Source of the DNA: Christensenella sp. UBA1685
GTDB lineage: Bacteria > Bacillota > Clostridia > Christensenellales > CAG-138
Length of the DNA stretch: 64,000 bases
Direction: 5' to 3'
Assembly (NCBI GenBank): GCA_002320595.1
Contig: DCKB01000010.1
Span: 3,305-67,304 of the forward strand
Shown: positions 37,075-46,451 of the stretch, in pieces
How positions within the stretch are numbered: the first letter of the stretch is position 1
Layout of the letters: every line of letters begins with the position of its first letter
Notes under the pieces: generated by a model
Told to the model about the DNA's origin: nothing
Seen by the model: only the letters and a program-made list of their open reading frames with translations
Database searches by the model: none
Position numbers and translations under genes: made by a program

Positions 37075-39240
37075 CTATACGTTGATGCGGTAAACCTCGT
37101 TTACCAGCTTGACGCGTTTCACCTGCTTGATGATGGATTCGAGCTGGTCTGCACCGCTCACATCAAATGAAAGCTGCACGTTCACGATGTCTCCGGTGGT
37201 CTTTGCATTCATGGACTTGATGCTGATGTTGAGATTCAAAAGGATCTGTGAAATCTCCATCAAAAGCCCGGGGCGCTCTCCTGCAATCACTTGAATGCTG
37301 GCGGTGTAGGTGGATTTCTCGCTTCTTGTCCATTCCGCCTCGATCATGCGCTCCGGCTCCACCATCAGGTCCGCCATATTGGGGCAATCCGCCCGGTGGA
37401 TGGAAACGCCGCGGCCGCGCGTGATGTAGCCGATGATCGGGTCGCCCGGAAGCGGGCTGCAGCAATGCGCAAAGCGCACCACCATATTCGGCTCGCCGCG
37501 AACGATTACGCCCCTGCCCTGCTGGCCGCTTTGCTGCGGGCGCTGGCCTTCTTTCTGTTCCAGCCATTCAGCAGCTTGCTGGGCCTTTGCCTCCTTGCGG
37601 TATTGCTCCATCAGCTTGTGGAGCACCTGCCCGGTCGTAACGCCGCCATACCCAATGGCGGCATACACATCGTCCAGATCGGACATGTTGAAGCGTTTTA
37701 GGATGTCATCAAAGTATTCCGCCTTGGAAAGTTCGGAAAGCTGCCGGCCCTGCCGCCGTGCAGCCTCGGAAAGCATCTCCTTGCCGCGCTGAATGTTTTC
37801 TTCGCGGTTCGCCTTTTTAAACCATTGGCGGATTTTCGCTTTTGCCTGCTGGGTTTTAACGATTTTGAGCCAGTCGCGGCTCGGCGTGGCGTTGGGCGCG
37901 GTGACGATCTCCACCACATCGTTGTTTTTCAGTTTGTAATCGAGCCGCACAATTGCGCCGTTGACCTTTGCGTGCTGCGCGTGGTTGCCCACGTTTGAAT
38001 GGATGCGGTAAGCGAAATCAAGCGGCGTGGAACCCGTTACAAGGTCGATAATCTGCCCGCGTGGGGTCAGCACATAAACATAATCGCTGAAGAAATCCTT
38101 GCGGATATTCTCCACAAATTCGCGCGTATTATCCGCATAGTTTTCCAGTTCAAGCGCCTCGCGCAGCCAGGCGAGCTTGCTGTCCAATTCGTCCCGGTTT
38201 GCGCGCCCCTCTTTGTACATCCAATGCGCCGCAATGCCATATTCCGCCGTTCGGTGCATCTCAAACGTGCGGATCTGCACCTCAAACGGCAGGCCTGTTT
38301 CGGAAAACAGCGTCGTATGAAGCGAACGGTACATGTTCGTTTTCGGCATGGCGATGTAATCCTTGAACCGGCCGGGCACGGGCTTCCAGATGGCATGGAT
38401 AATGCCAAGCGCAGCATAGCAGTCGTTGATGGTATTTACGATCACCCGTACCGCGATAAGATCATAAATGTCCTGCACGACGCGGTTCTGCCGTTGAATT
38501 TTTTTGTAAATGCTGTAAAGGTGCTTTGGCCGCCCGTTGATCTGCGCCTCGATTCCTGCGGCCGCAAGGTGCGTTTTTATGGTGGCGATGGCAGTTTCAA
38601 GCGTTTGCATGCGTTCGCGCTGCTGCGGCTCGATCTGCTTTTTCAGGTTCTGGTATTCCTCCGGCCAAAGGTATTGGAAGCAAAGATCCTCCAGCTCGCA
38701 TTTGATTGCGCCCATGCCGAAGCGGTGTGCGAGCGGCGCATAAACATCAAGCGTTTCACGCGCTTTTCGGATCTGTTTCTCCTCGGTACAATATTCGAGT
38801 GTGCGGAGGTTGTGCAGGCGGTCCGTCAGCTTGATGATGACCACGCGCACATCCTTTGCGATCGCAAGGAAAAGCTTGCGCAGGTTCTCAGCCTGCGCCT
38901 CCTCCTTGGTCAAAATATCGCTCTTTCCGGTTTTTGTGAGCTTTGTAACGCCATCCACCATGATGGCGATGTCTTCCCCGAAGTTCGTGCGCACGGTATC
39001 AAGCGTCACTGCGGCACAATCCTCCACCACATCGTGCAGAAGGCCGGCGATCACCGTATGGCTGTCCATGCCCATGTCAAAAAGCATCCGCGCCACCGCT
39101 TCCGGATGTGTGTAATACGGCTCGCCCGATTCGCGCTTTTGATCCTTGTGCGCCTCCTTTGCAAAGGCAATCGCGCGGTCCAAAAGCTCCATTTCCTCCT
39201 GCGTAAAACGCTGTGCGCAGGCTTCCCGCAAGTCAGCCAT
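37075..39240 (-). CDS. relA: Bifunctional (p)ppGpp synthetase/hydrolase RelA/SpoT
   Basis: ORF 37075..39663, trimmed to ATG 39240 (MADLREACAQRF). HD domain (YYTHPEAVA...LLHDVVED), synthetase (RFKDYIAMPK.NMYRSLHTT), TGS and ACT. Confidence 0.96.
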   Translation of the reverse strand: MADLREACAQRFTQEEMELLDRAIAFAKEAHKDQKRESGEPYYTHPEAVARMLFDMGMDSHTVIAGLLHDVVEDCAAVTLDTVRTNFGEDIAIMVDGVTKLTKTGKSDILTKEEAQAENLRKLFLAIAKDVRVVIIKLTDRLHNLRTLEYCTEEKQIRKARETLDVYAPLAHRFGMGAIKCELEDLCFQYLWPEEYQNLKKQIEPQQRERMQTLETAIATIKTHLAAAGIEAQINGRPKHLYSIYKKIQRQNRVVQDIYDLIAVRVIVNTINDCYAALGIIHAIWKPVPGRFKDYIAMPKTNMYRSLHTTLFSETGLPFEVQIRTFEMHRTAEYGIAAHWMYKEGRANRDELDSKLAWLREALELENYADNTREFVENIRKDFFSDYVYVLTPRGQIIDLVTGSTPLDFAYRIHSNVGNHAQHAKVNGAIVRLDYKLKNNDVVEIVTAPNATPSRDWLKIVKTQQAKAKIRQWFKKANREENIQRGKEMLSEAARRQGRQLSELSKAEYFDDILKRFNMSDLDDVYAAIGYGGVTTGQVLHKLMEQYRKEAKAQQAAEWLEQKEGQRPQQSGQQGRGVIVRGEPNMVVRFAHCCSPLPGDPIIGYITRGRGVSIHRADCPNMADLMVEPERMIEAEWTRSEKSTYTASIQVIAGERPGLLMEISQILLNLNISIKSMNAKTTGDIVNVQLSFDVSGADQLESIIKQVKRVKLVNEVYRINV

Positions 39241-39295
39241 TCGCTCACCTCCCCTCGGTTCTTTTCCGATCTGATTCTGATTCCAGGCGGTTCCG

Positions 39296-39808
39296 TCAAT
39301 ACTGAATGACGGCGCCGACATCGTAGCCTTCAAGCGCCTTCCGGCCGTCAAGATCCGTAAGTTCCATCGCAAAGCGAATCGCAGCGACTTCGCCGCCCGC
39401 CTGCTCAACCAGCTTTGCCGTTGCAAGCGCGGTGCCGCCTGTTGCAAGCAGGTCGTCCACAATGACGATGCGCATGCCGGGCCTGATCGCCTCGGCGTCG
39501 ATCTCCAGCGCATCCGTGCCGTATTCCAGCGCATATTCGTGGCGCAGCGTTTTGCAGGGGAGCTTCCCCGGCTTGCGTGCAAGCACAAATCCCGCGCCGA
39601 GCGCATAGGCAAGCGCAGAACCCAGCACGAAGCCACGCGCTTCCGGACCCACGACCAGATCAATCTTTTTGTCCTTCAGCTCTGCGGTAAAGGTATCAAT
39701 CAGGCAATGCAGCGCCTCTGGCTCCTTCACAAGCGTCGTAATGTCGCGGAACAGGATGCCCTTCTTCGGAAAATCAGGAACAGAACGGATGGTGTCTTTC
39801 AGGTTCAT
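39296..39808 (-). CDS. apt: Adenine phosphoribosyltransferase
   Basis: FPKKGILFRDITTL...VIVDDLLATGGTA signature; 170 aa. Confidence 0.95.
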   Translation of the reverse strand: MNLKDTIRSVPDFPKKGILFRDITTLVKEPEALHCLIDTFTAELKDKKIDLVVGPEARGFVLGSALAYALGAGFVLARKPGKLPCKTLRHEYALEYGTDALEIDAEAIRPGMRIVIVDDLLATGGTALATAKLVEQAGGEVAAIRFAMELTDLDGRKALEGYDVGAVIQY

Positions 39809-42321
39809 GGTTGCTCCTCCTCGTGGTTATGCGTTTGCGCGCACGCTTTTTCGCGGCGCGTTGCGTTCTTGGCATGCTCATGCATCTCAAAAAGGGATGC
39901 AAGGCGTTGAAAGGTATCGCTTTGTGGGAGTTCACGCCACCCTTGCGGCGGGGCAAAACGCAAAGACGCACCGTCGCCGGCTTCCAGAAAGCCGAGTTCC
40001 AAAGAAATATCCGCGGCGAGCACGCATGCATAGCGCGGTGCGCGGGTTTCCCGCGCAAGGTGGTCCAGCAAGGCCTCCCGGTTGTAGAAGCTGCCGTCCC
40101 CCTTCCGCAGGGCCTGATAAAACGGGATAAACCACGCCCGGTCAACCCGCAGCGCGGCAAGAAGCTCGCCCGCATCGTCTGCCTCATGCGGTGCAACAGC
40201 AAGCTGTGCCTCCGGTGCAAGCGATTTAAGCGCATCCAAAACGCCGAGGGTGACCGGCGTATCATAAACGAGCACGGTGCGGAAGCGCCTGATTGAAAGC
40301 GCATCCAGCTCCGGAGCAAGCACCGCCGCGTGATACGCACATGGTCCAGCCGCATTTTTGCCGAAGCTGACCTCCATGCGGCCATACAGCCCCCGCTCGG
40401 AAGCCAGACGCAAAAAGCGCGCAGCGCCCGCCGGTGTAAAACACAGCACCAACAGCCCCGCGATATCGCGCGCGGTGTGCGCAAGCAGAAAATTCTCCGG
40501 CTCAGCTACAAAAAACGCCTGTTCGGCACGCATCTTATTATAGCGAATGTTCGCACAGATTGCATCAATAAATTTTTCCTGCCGCGCAGCGAGATACCGT
40601 TCCGCCTCCGGCACGGCAGCCGGGCGCATGGCCTTAAGCTCGACCTGGAGCGTTTGCCGGCCGTTGTATTCGTTCACGGTGGGCACATACAGCAGGTCGC
40701 ACCGCCCGTAATCATTGATTTGCGCAAAGCGGCCGCCCCCGTAAAACCAGACGCCCTCGGCATACTGGTTTTTCTGTTCCAGCGTCAGGCGCAGATGCTT
40801 TCCTTCGTCTCCGATGCGCCGAAGGCGTTTCACAGCCGCTCCATCGGTGCGGAATACCGGCATTGGATTTCCTTCCCCGAAGGGCGCAAGCATGGCAAGC
40901 TCCCCGGCAAGCTGCATCGTGAGTTCAGAAAACGGCGCTTCCGCTTCATAGCGTGCCGCCGGCAAAAACGTTTCCTCCGGCGCTGCCGCGCGCACGCTTT
41001 CATCAAAGCCTGCGGCAAAGGCCTCAAAGTTTTCCACGGGGAGCGTCATCCCCGCAGCATAGGCATGTCCGCCAAAGCGAGTAAAATACCGTTCGTTCGC
41101 TTTGAGCGCCGCATGCAGATCCACACCCTCGATGGAGCGCGCGGACCCCGTCAGCACCCCATTCCGTTCAGAAAGGAGCACAACGGGGCGATAATACCGC
41201 TCCGCCAATTTGGAGGCCGCAATGCCGACCACGCCGGGATTCCAATCCGCATGCTTTAAAACAATCCCGCGCTTATCCGTCAAATCGTCCGCCTCGATTG
41301 CGGCTGAGGCGGCTTCGTAGATTGCTCCTTCCTCCTGTTGGCGGGCGGCATTCAGCTCGTTCAGGCGCTGTGCAAGTGTTTTGGCGCGCTCCGCATCCGT
41401 TTCTGTCAAAAGTGCAACGCCAAGCGAGGCGTCTTCCATGCGTCCGGCCGCGTTAAGCCGGGGCGCAATGGCGAAGGCAAAATCCCGCGCCGTTAAGACG
41501 CGTTTTTTTTCAAAGGCAGCCTCAACGAGGGCACGAAGCCCCAACGGACTTTCCCCCGCGTTCACCGCCGCGAGCGCCAGCGCTGCGAACACGCGGTTTT
41601 CCCCCGTAAGCGGCACAACATCCGCGACCGTAGCAAGCCCCGCAAGCGCAACATACGGCAGCGCAGCGGCGCGGCCGCCGTGCGCCTCGATCAGCTTGAA
41701 TGCCATGCCCGCGCCGCAGATGTTTTTGTTCGGATAGCAACAGCCTGCAAGCGTGTGGCACAGGATCGCTTCACAGGGGGGCAGCACATCCCCCGGCAAG
41801 TGGTGATCGGTCACAATCGCATCCATGCCGAGTTCCCGGCAGCGCAGAAGTTCCGCGTTTGCCTTCACGCCGTTGTCCACCGTAACAATCAGCTGCACGC
41901 CCTCCGCCGCAAGCCGCTCCACCGCGGCAAGGTTCATGCCATACCCCTCCGCATGGCGGGACGGGATATGGTAGGACACGTTTGCGCCGCACCCGCGCAG
42001 ATACATCAACAGCATGCTTGTGGCGCATACGCCATCCACGTCATAATCGCCGTAAATGCAGATGCGCTCCCGCTGTGCTATGGCGCGCGTAAGCCGTGCC
42101 ACGGCCTTTTGCATCTCCTCAAAAGCAAACGGATCGCACAGCATCTCCGCGCTCGGATGTAAAAACGCTTCCGCCTCCGCTGCATCTCGAACGCCGCGGG
42201 CAATGAGAAGCCATGCCGTGCGCGCGGAAACGCCGAGCGCGCGTGCAAGCCGTGCAGCCTCCTCCCGGCGCGCGGCCTCCTCGCCCTGCTTTAATTCAGT
42301 GAAAGGCAGGAAGCGCAGCAT
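39805..42321 (-). CDS. recJ: Single-stranded-DNA-specific exonuclease RecJ (long form)
   Basis: DHH motifs (ICIYGDYDVDG, IVTVDNG, IVTDHH) and DHHA1 (GGHAYAAG). 838 aa with an extended C-terminal region. Confidence 0.9.
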   Translation of the reverse strand: MLRFLPFTELKQGEEAARREEAARLARALGVSARTAWLLIARGVRDAAEAEAFLHPSAEMLCDPFAFEEMQKAVARLTRAIAQRERICIYGDYDVDGVCATSMLLMYLRGCGANVSYHIPSRHAEGYGMNLAAVERLAAEGVQLIVTVDNGVKANAELLRCRELGMDAIVTDHHLPGDVLPPCEAILCHTLAGCCYPNKNICGAGMAFKLIEAHGGRAAALPYVALAGLATVADVVPLTGENRVFAALALAAVNAGESPLGLRALVEAAFEKKRVLTARDFAFAIAPRLNAAGRMEDASLGVALLTETDAERAKTLAQRLNELNAARQQEEGAIYEAASAAIEADDLTDKRGIVLKHADWNPGVVGIAASKLAERYYRPVVLLSERNGVLTGSARSIEGVDLHAALKANERYFTRFGGHAYAAGMTLPVENFEAFAAGFDESVRAAAPEETFLPAARYEAEAPFSELTMQLAGELAMLAPFGEGNPMPVFRTDGAAVKRLRRIGDEGKHLRLTLEQKNQYAEGVWFYGGGRFAQINDYGRCDLLYVPTVNEYNGRQTLQVELKAMRPAAVPEAERYLAARQEKFIDAICANIRYNKMRAEQAFFVAEPENFLLAHTARDIAGLLVLCFTPAGAARFLRLASERGLYGRMEVSFGKNAAGPCAYHAAVLAPELDALSIRRFRTVLVYDTPVTLGVLDALKSLAPEAQLAVAPHEADDAGELLAALRVDRAWFIPFYQALRKGDGSFYNREALLDHLARETRAPRYACVLAADISLELGFLEAGDGASLRFAPPQGWRELPQSDTFQRLASLFEMHEHAKNATRREKACAQTHNHEEEQP

Positions 42322-42323
42322 GG

Positions 42324-43652
42324 TCAGCTTTCCCGCTCAGCGGCAAAAATGCCAAGCGCGCATTCCGTGCGCTTCTTTTCAAATTCGCAGGTAGCCCGAT
42401 ATGGCTTGCGGATATCGCCGTTGTATTTCCAAGCGTTTGCCGCACAACCGCCGCTGCAAAAATACTTTGCCCAACAGGCGCGGCATTCCGGCTTTGTGAG
42501 GATGTTGCAGGAAAGAAAGTCCTGCTGCATCCCCGTATTGAACTCCCCGGAAAGGACGCTGCCCATCTTCCATTCCGCCTCGCCCACGAACTGGTGACAG
42601 GGGAAAATATCCCCATCCGGTGAAACGGCCACATATTCCGCACCCGCGCCGCAGCCGGAAACGCGCTTTTTCAGGCACGGGCCGCCTGCGAGATCCACCA
42701 TAAAATGGAAGAAATTGAACCAACGTCCCGCCTTTCTTTCGGAAAGCAGGAAGCTTGCAAGCTTATCATATTCCGCAAGCACCGTTTCCACGTGCTCCGC
42801 CCGGATCGCATAGGGGCTTTCGTCCGGCAGGACGACAGGCTCCAACGAGATCTGCTCAAAGCCCATTTCGCGCAGAGCCTTCACATCGTTTGTAAAATCC
42901 AGGTTCCGGTTGGTGAACGTGCCGCGCACATAATGTTCCTTGTCGCCGCGGCGGCGCACAAGCTCCTGCGCCCTGGGGGCAATAAGATCAAACGAGCCCT
43001 TCCCGTTCGCCGTGGGGCGCAGCGCATCATGGATCTCACGCCGGCCGTCCAGGCTCAGCACAACGTTGTGCATCTCCCGGTTGATGAAGTCGATCTTTTC
43101 ATCATCGAGCGCTACGCAGTTGGTGGTGATGGTAAAGTTGATGCGCTTGTCATGCTTCTTTTCAAGTTCCCGGCCATAGGCGACCGTTTTTTTGACCACA
43201 TCCCAGTTCATGAGCGGTTCGCCGCCGAAAAGGTCCACCTCCAGGTTGTGGCGTTTTCCGGAATGCGCGATGAGAAAATCAAGCGCTGCGTAGGCAACCT
43301 TCTCCGGCATCAGCATGCGCGCGCCGTGAAACTCGCCCGTGTCTGCAAAGCAATATTTGCAGCGCAGATTGCAATCGTGCGCCATATGCATGCACATGGC
43401 CTTTATGACCTGACCGCCCGTGCCTTCCGGCGGGACGAGCTCCTCCGCTTCAAACGCGCCTGCATCATGCAGGGAATTGAGTTCCGCGACGATCTCGCCG
43501 ACCTCTTCCTTCGGATAAGGTAGGCTTTCAAGCGGCCGGCCCTCCTCAAGAGCGCGCACCACTTCGTATGCCTGCTCGTCCATGCTGTGCACAGCACCGC
43601 TTTCTACATCCAGCGCCAAATAATAATTCTGAAAACGAAATGCGTGAATCAA
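42324..43652 (-). CDS. scfB: SCIFF radical SAM/SPASM maturase
   Basis: TTG start with GGAGG upstream. MAHDCNLRCKYCF radical-SAM motif; Cys-rich C-terminal SPASM region (CGAGAEYVAVSPDGDIFPCH...CRACWAKYFCSGGC). Adjacent to scfA. Confidence 0.88.
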   Translation of the reverse strand: MIHAFRFQNYYLALDVESGAVHSMDEQAYEVVRALEEGRPLESLPYPKEEVGEIVAELNSLHDAGAFEAEELVPPEGTGGQVIKAMCMHMAHDCNLRCKYCFADTGEFHGARMLMPEKVAYAALDFLIAHSGKRHNLEVDLFGGEPLMNWDVVKKTVAYGRELEKKHDKRINFTITTNCVALDDEKIDFINREMHNVVLSLDGRREIHDALRPTANGKGSFDLIAPRAQELVRRRGDKEHYVRGTFTNRNLDFTNDVKALREMGFEQISLEPVVLPDESPYAIRAEHVETVLAEYDKLASFLLSERKAGRWFNFFHFMVDLAGGPCLKKRVSGCGAGAEYVAVSPDGDIFPCHQFVGEAEWKMGSVLSGEFNTGMQQDFLSCNILTKPECRACWAKYFCSGGCAANAWKYNGDIRKPYRATCEFEKKRTECALGIFAAERES

Positions 43653-43765
43653 GTTATCCTCCTAAACAACACAAAGAGGCCGTCCGAACTGCGGAGGCAT
43701 TGGGCAGGCTTCTGCCCCTGGCCGTTCCGTTTCCGGGCAACCTCACGTGTTTATGACCCAACAAA

Positions 43766-43777
43766 GGCGAAAACGCC
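43766..43777 (-). terminator. Small hairpin directly after scfA (attenuator between precursor and maturase)
   Basis: Minus strand GGCG-TTTT-CGCC followed by TTTGTT, immediately after the TAA. Confidence 0.4.
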
Positions 43778-43921
43778 TTATTTGCTCTCCTTCTGGCACT
43801 TCTGATTTGCGACCGTGCAGGAGGTCTTGCAGGCGGACTGGCAGGATGCCTGGCACTCGCCGCAGCCGGTATGTGCGGAAGCATTGATGCAGGGCTGCTG
43901 GATGGTCTTGATGTGTTTCAT
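43778..43921 (-). CDS. scfA: SCIFF ribosomal peptide precursor (six-Cys-in-forty-five family)
   Basis: MKHIKTIQQPCINASAHTGCGECQASCQSACKTSCTVANQKCQKESK; GGAGG upstream of ATG 43921. The ORF-track entry 43778..43999 carries a spurious N-terminal extension. Confidence 0.9.
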   Translation of the reverse strand: MKHIKTIQQPCINASAHTGCGECQASCQSACKTSCTVANQKCQKESK

Positions 43922-43998
43922 TGGTATATCCTCCATACTGTTCAAAGTAGTTTTCACTCCCGTTATTATACACAAATCGCGTGCAGGCGGCAACCCCA

Positions 43999-44400
43999 TT
44001 ATTTCCCGAACACCTGCGCGGCCATCGCTGCGAGTGCCCCCGCAAGCAGGCCAACGCCGAAATCTGAAAGCAGCGCCACGGATACGACGAACGTATCCGC
44101 CAGAATGGAAAACACCATGAATGCAAGGGCGGCATAAAACAACCCGGCGATGCCGCCGTATAACCAGCGCCGCTTAGTGCAGCGCCGTACAGCAAGAAGC
44201 GATGCTGCCGCCGCTGAAATCACCTTGATCACCGCATTTGCGATGGGCATGCTCTCCGCAGGCAGGATTTCCTTCCAAAGCGCAAGCGCATACAGCACGA
44301 TCAGCGCAATGCTGATAACGGAGGCAAGCAGCCCGCCCTTAAGAATTTCAATAAACATATTCGGGGCACGTTCGCCCGCTTTCACGCTTCGCATAAGCAC
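43999..44400 (-). CDS. Small 4-TM membrane protein (TIGR04086/YrzE-like, often next to SCIFF)
   Basis: 133 aa with four hydrophobic helices, directly upstream of scfA. Family assignment is from memory. Confidence 0.45.
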   Translation of the reverse strand: MLMRSVKAGERAPNMFIEILKGGLLASVISIALIVLYALALWKEILPAESMPIANAVIKVISAAAASLLAVRRCTKRRWLYGGIAGLFYAALAFMVFSILADTFVVSVALLSDFGVGLLAGALAAMAAQVFGK

Positions 44401-44447
44401 ACCTCTCTTTTGGTTTATGCATATGCGTCCGTGTTGTGAATATGCAA

Positions 44448-44714
44448 TTAAATATGCTCCAGATTGTTTGGTAATGCACGCACCCGCTTAAATACCGTTT
44501 CAAAAAGCTCTACCCCTAAATGAAACCCGCATTCCGCAGCAGCATCTATTGCTGCACGCCGGTAGCTTTCTTCCGCCATTAAAAACTGTTCTGCGATTGC
44601 GCTTTGCTCTTCGCTCAAGCTTTCCAACAGCTTTTTTCGTGCCCTTTCAGCTGCTGCACGCTTCATTTTGTACATCGAATTGTTTTCTAAAGCTGACTCA
44701 CTAATTACGTGCAT
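44448..44714 (-). CDS. Hypothetical helical protein (88 aa), divergent from the XRE regulator
   Basis: GGAGGGG upstream of the ATG. LSEEQSAIAEQFLMAEESYRRAAIDAAAECGFHLGVELF resembles small proteins found beside XRE regulators in Firmicutes accessory DNA (DUF6809-like, from memory). Confidence 0.45.
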   Translation of the reverse strand: MHVISESALENNSMYKMKRAAAERARKKLLESLSEEQSAIAEQFLMAEESYRRAAIDAAAECGFHLGVELFETVFKRVRALPNNLEHI

Positions 44715-44739
44715 CTCATCACCCCTCCTTAATCATGGT

Positions 44740-44758
44740 CCATTTCGTGCCATTTCGT
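44740..44758. promoter_or_regulatory. Tandem 9-nt direct repeat with 10-nt period in the divergent promoter region (candidate operator)
   Basis: CCATTTCGT-G-CCATTTCGT at 44740..44748 and 44750..44758. Confidence 0.35.
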
Positions 44759-44806
44759 CAACCCTAAACGCATTAACGCGATAATATTGGCAAGGCAGGT
44801 GATTCT

Positions 44807-45145
44807 ATGCGGTATGAGCGGCTGCATGAAATGCGAGAAGACCGCGATTTTACGCAACAGCAGGTTGCCGACTATCTCAAGGTATCCCTCAGCGCATACA
44901 AAAACTATGAGCTCGGGATTCGCTCCATTCCTGTGGAAATACTGATAGAGCTTGCGTTGTTTTACCAAACCTCCGTCGATTATTTAATTGGATTGACCAA
45001 TCGTCCATCCCATACCCCTACAGCGGGAAATTTACAACATCAAAAAATAAACCGGGTTGATGGGGCGGTGTCCGTAAAACAGTTAATCCTCCGCATGGTA
45101 ACGATCATGCGGAGGACTTTTTTGCTGTTTATTCAAACTTGCTAG
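44807..45145 (+). CDS. XRE-family helix-turn-helix transcriptional regulator
   Basis: LHEMREDRDFTQQQVADYLKVSLSAYKNYELGIRSIPVEILIELALFYQTSVDYLIGLT (HTH_3). Confidence 0.85.
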   Translation: MRYERLHEMREDRDFTQQQVADYLKVSLSAYKNYELGIRSIPVEILIELALFYQTSVDYLIGLTNRPSHTPTAGNLQHQKINRVDGAVSVKQLILRMVTIMRRTFLLFIQTC

Positions 45146-45374
45146 CGGCTAAGGGTTTGGAAAAACTGTTTGCGGGCAGCGAGTCCATAGGGGATAGCCG
45201 CTTTAGCGGCGCAAGGAGGTGTATCCACCTTGACGGAACGAAGTGACAAAACAATTCTCGGTCAAGCAGTTTTCTTCTGCTGACGGAGAATGAAGCTCCA
45301 CAGGACGCACGATACTCCCGATAGGAGAGTATAGAAGTGCGCCATTACTCCTTTGGCAATTCAATAACTGGAAG

Positions 45375-45743
45375 TTATTTAATCGAAGTTCCAATGTGTT
45401 TATCTATTCTCCACTGTGGAGCATCACCATCTTCAGTCCAATATTCATCCATTGATATAATTTTGTCATTTTCTGTTTTAATAAAGGATGTTACATGGAA
45501 AGCAGCGCTCCTATCTTTGGGATAGACAAGCGTAGCTGTGATGACTAAATCACCCATCACTTCTACTCTTTCAACAATTCCATCCCAATCTCCAGGATAT
45601 TCACAGTTGGCAATGATAAATTCATCAACAGTAAAATGTTCATTTGTGCAGTGCCAGTTTATATATGCTTTTTCATGGAAAAATTTTTTTATCTCTTTCT
45701 CGTCTTGTGCGAGAACCGCTTTCCAAAATCCCTTTATATTCAT
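45375..45743 (-). CDS. NTF2/SnoaL-like fold protein
   Basis: 122 aa, low GC. IKGFWKAVLAQDEKEIKKFFHEKAYINWHCTNE...DKIISMDEYW pattern. GGAGG upstream; TGnTACAAT extended -10 upstream. Confidence 0.5.
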   Translation of the reverse strand: MNIKGFWKAVLAQDEKEIKKFFHEKAYINWHCTNEHFTVDEFIIANCEYPGDWDGIVERVEVMGDLVITATLVYPKDRSAAFHVTSFIKTENDKIISMDEYWTEDGDAPQWRIDKHIGTSIK

Positions 45744-45929
45744 TTCCCATTGCCTCCATAAATTCCGATTATTTTCACACTTTTTTGATGGTTATTGTAG
45801 CATAAGTGTATGGAGAAATCTACACCTGTGAAAAACCTCCCAAACAAAAACGGTTCGGGAGGTCAATTCACTTTACTGTCTTACGAGTACACCACTATCT
45901 TTGCAGCCCGGTTTTATTTTGCTCTGTTT

Positions 45930-45957
45930 CAAAAGCGGCGCAGAGAATCCGCGCCGC
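45930..45957 (-). terminator. Terminator after yajC
   Basis: Minus strand GCGGCGC-GGATTCTCT-GCGCCGC followed by TTTTG. Confidence 0.7.
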
Positions 45958-45985
45958 TTCGGTTCACATTTAAAAGCCGGTTTTC

Positions 45986-46315
45986 TCAGCCCTTGATGGT
46001 GCCGTCGTCCATGGTGTTTTCAACAGCCACATCCTCCACATTGGCAATTGCGCCGCGCGCGAACACAAGCTGCACCCGATCCGGGCCTACGGAGATGGTG
46101 ATCACATCATCCTTGACGTTGGTCACAGTGCCGTAAATACCGCCGATGGTGCGCACGCGATCCCCCGTCTTGATGGCAGCAAGCATTTGTTTGATCTTCT
46201 TATCCCGCTTGCGCTGAGGGATGATCATAACCAGCATCAGCACGACCATCATGATGATGATCAGGCCGCCGCCGTTGAAAAAGTTGGCGATTGACGTCAT
46301 GAAATCCGAGTTCAT
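45986..46315 (-). CDS. yajC: Preprotein translocase subunit YajC
   Basis: One TM segment, then IIPQRKRDKKIKQMLAAIKTGDRVRTIGGIYGTVTNVKDDVITISVG. Confidence 0.9.
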   Translation of the reverse strand: MNSDFMTSIANFFNGGGLIIIMMVVLMLVMIIPQRKRDKKIKQMLAAIKTGDRVRTIGGIYGTVTNVKDDVITISVGPDRVQLVFARGAIANVEDVAVENTMDDGTIKG

Positions 46316-46451
46316 TCCAATGAATACCGTCCTTATTTAATGATTCAAATACAAAGTGCGACAACGTGCACCGTGCTTTTTTCTATGATAATACGCCGCG
46401 GGCGCGCTCGTCAAGCACATTTCCCCTCCGCCGCCAGAATGTCACATTGTT

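Noticed and set aside
39241-39663. N-terminal 141-aa extension of the relA ORF (track entry 37075..39663), overlapping apt.
   Set aside because: The extension runs through the apt coding region in another frame. The canonical RelA N-terminus starts at ATG 39240.
43922-43999. 26-codon N-terminal extension of scfA in the ORF track (MGLPPARDLCIITGVKTTLNSMEDIP).
   Set aside because: The SCIFF family starts at MKHIKT. GGAGG precedes ATG 43921, and the extension overlaps the stop codon of the upstream gene.
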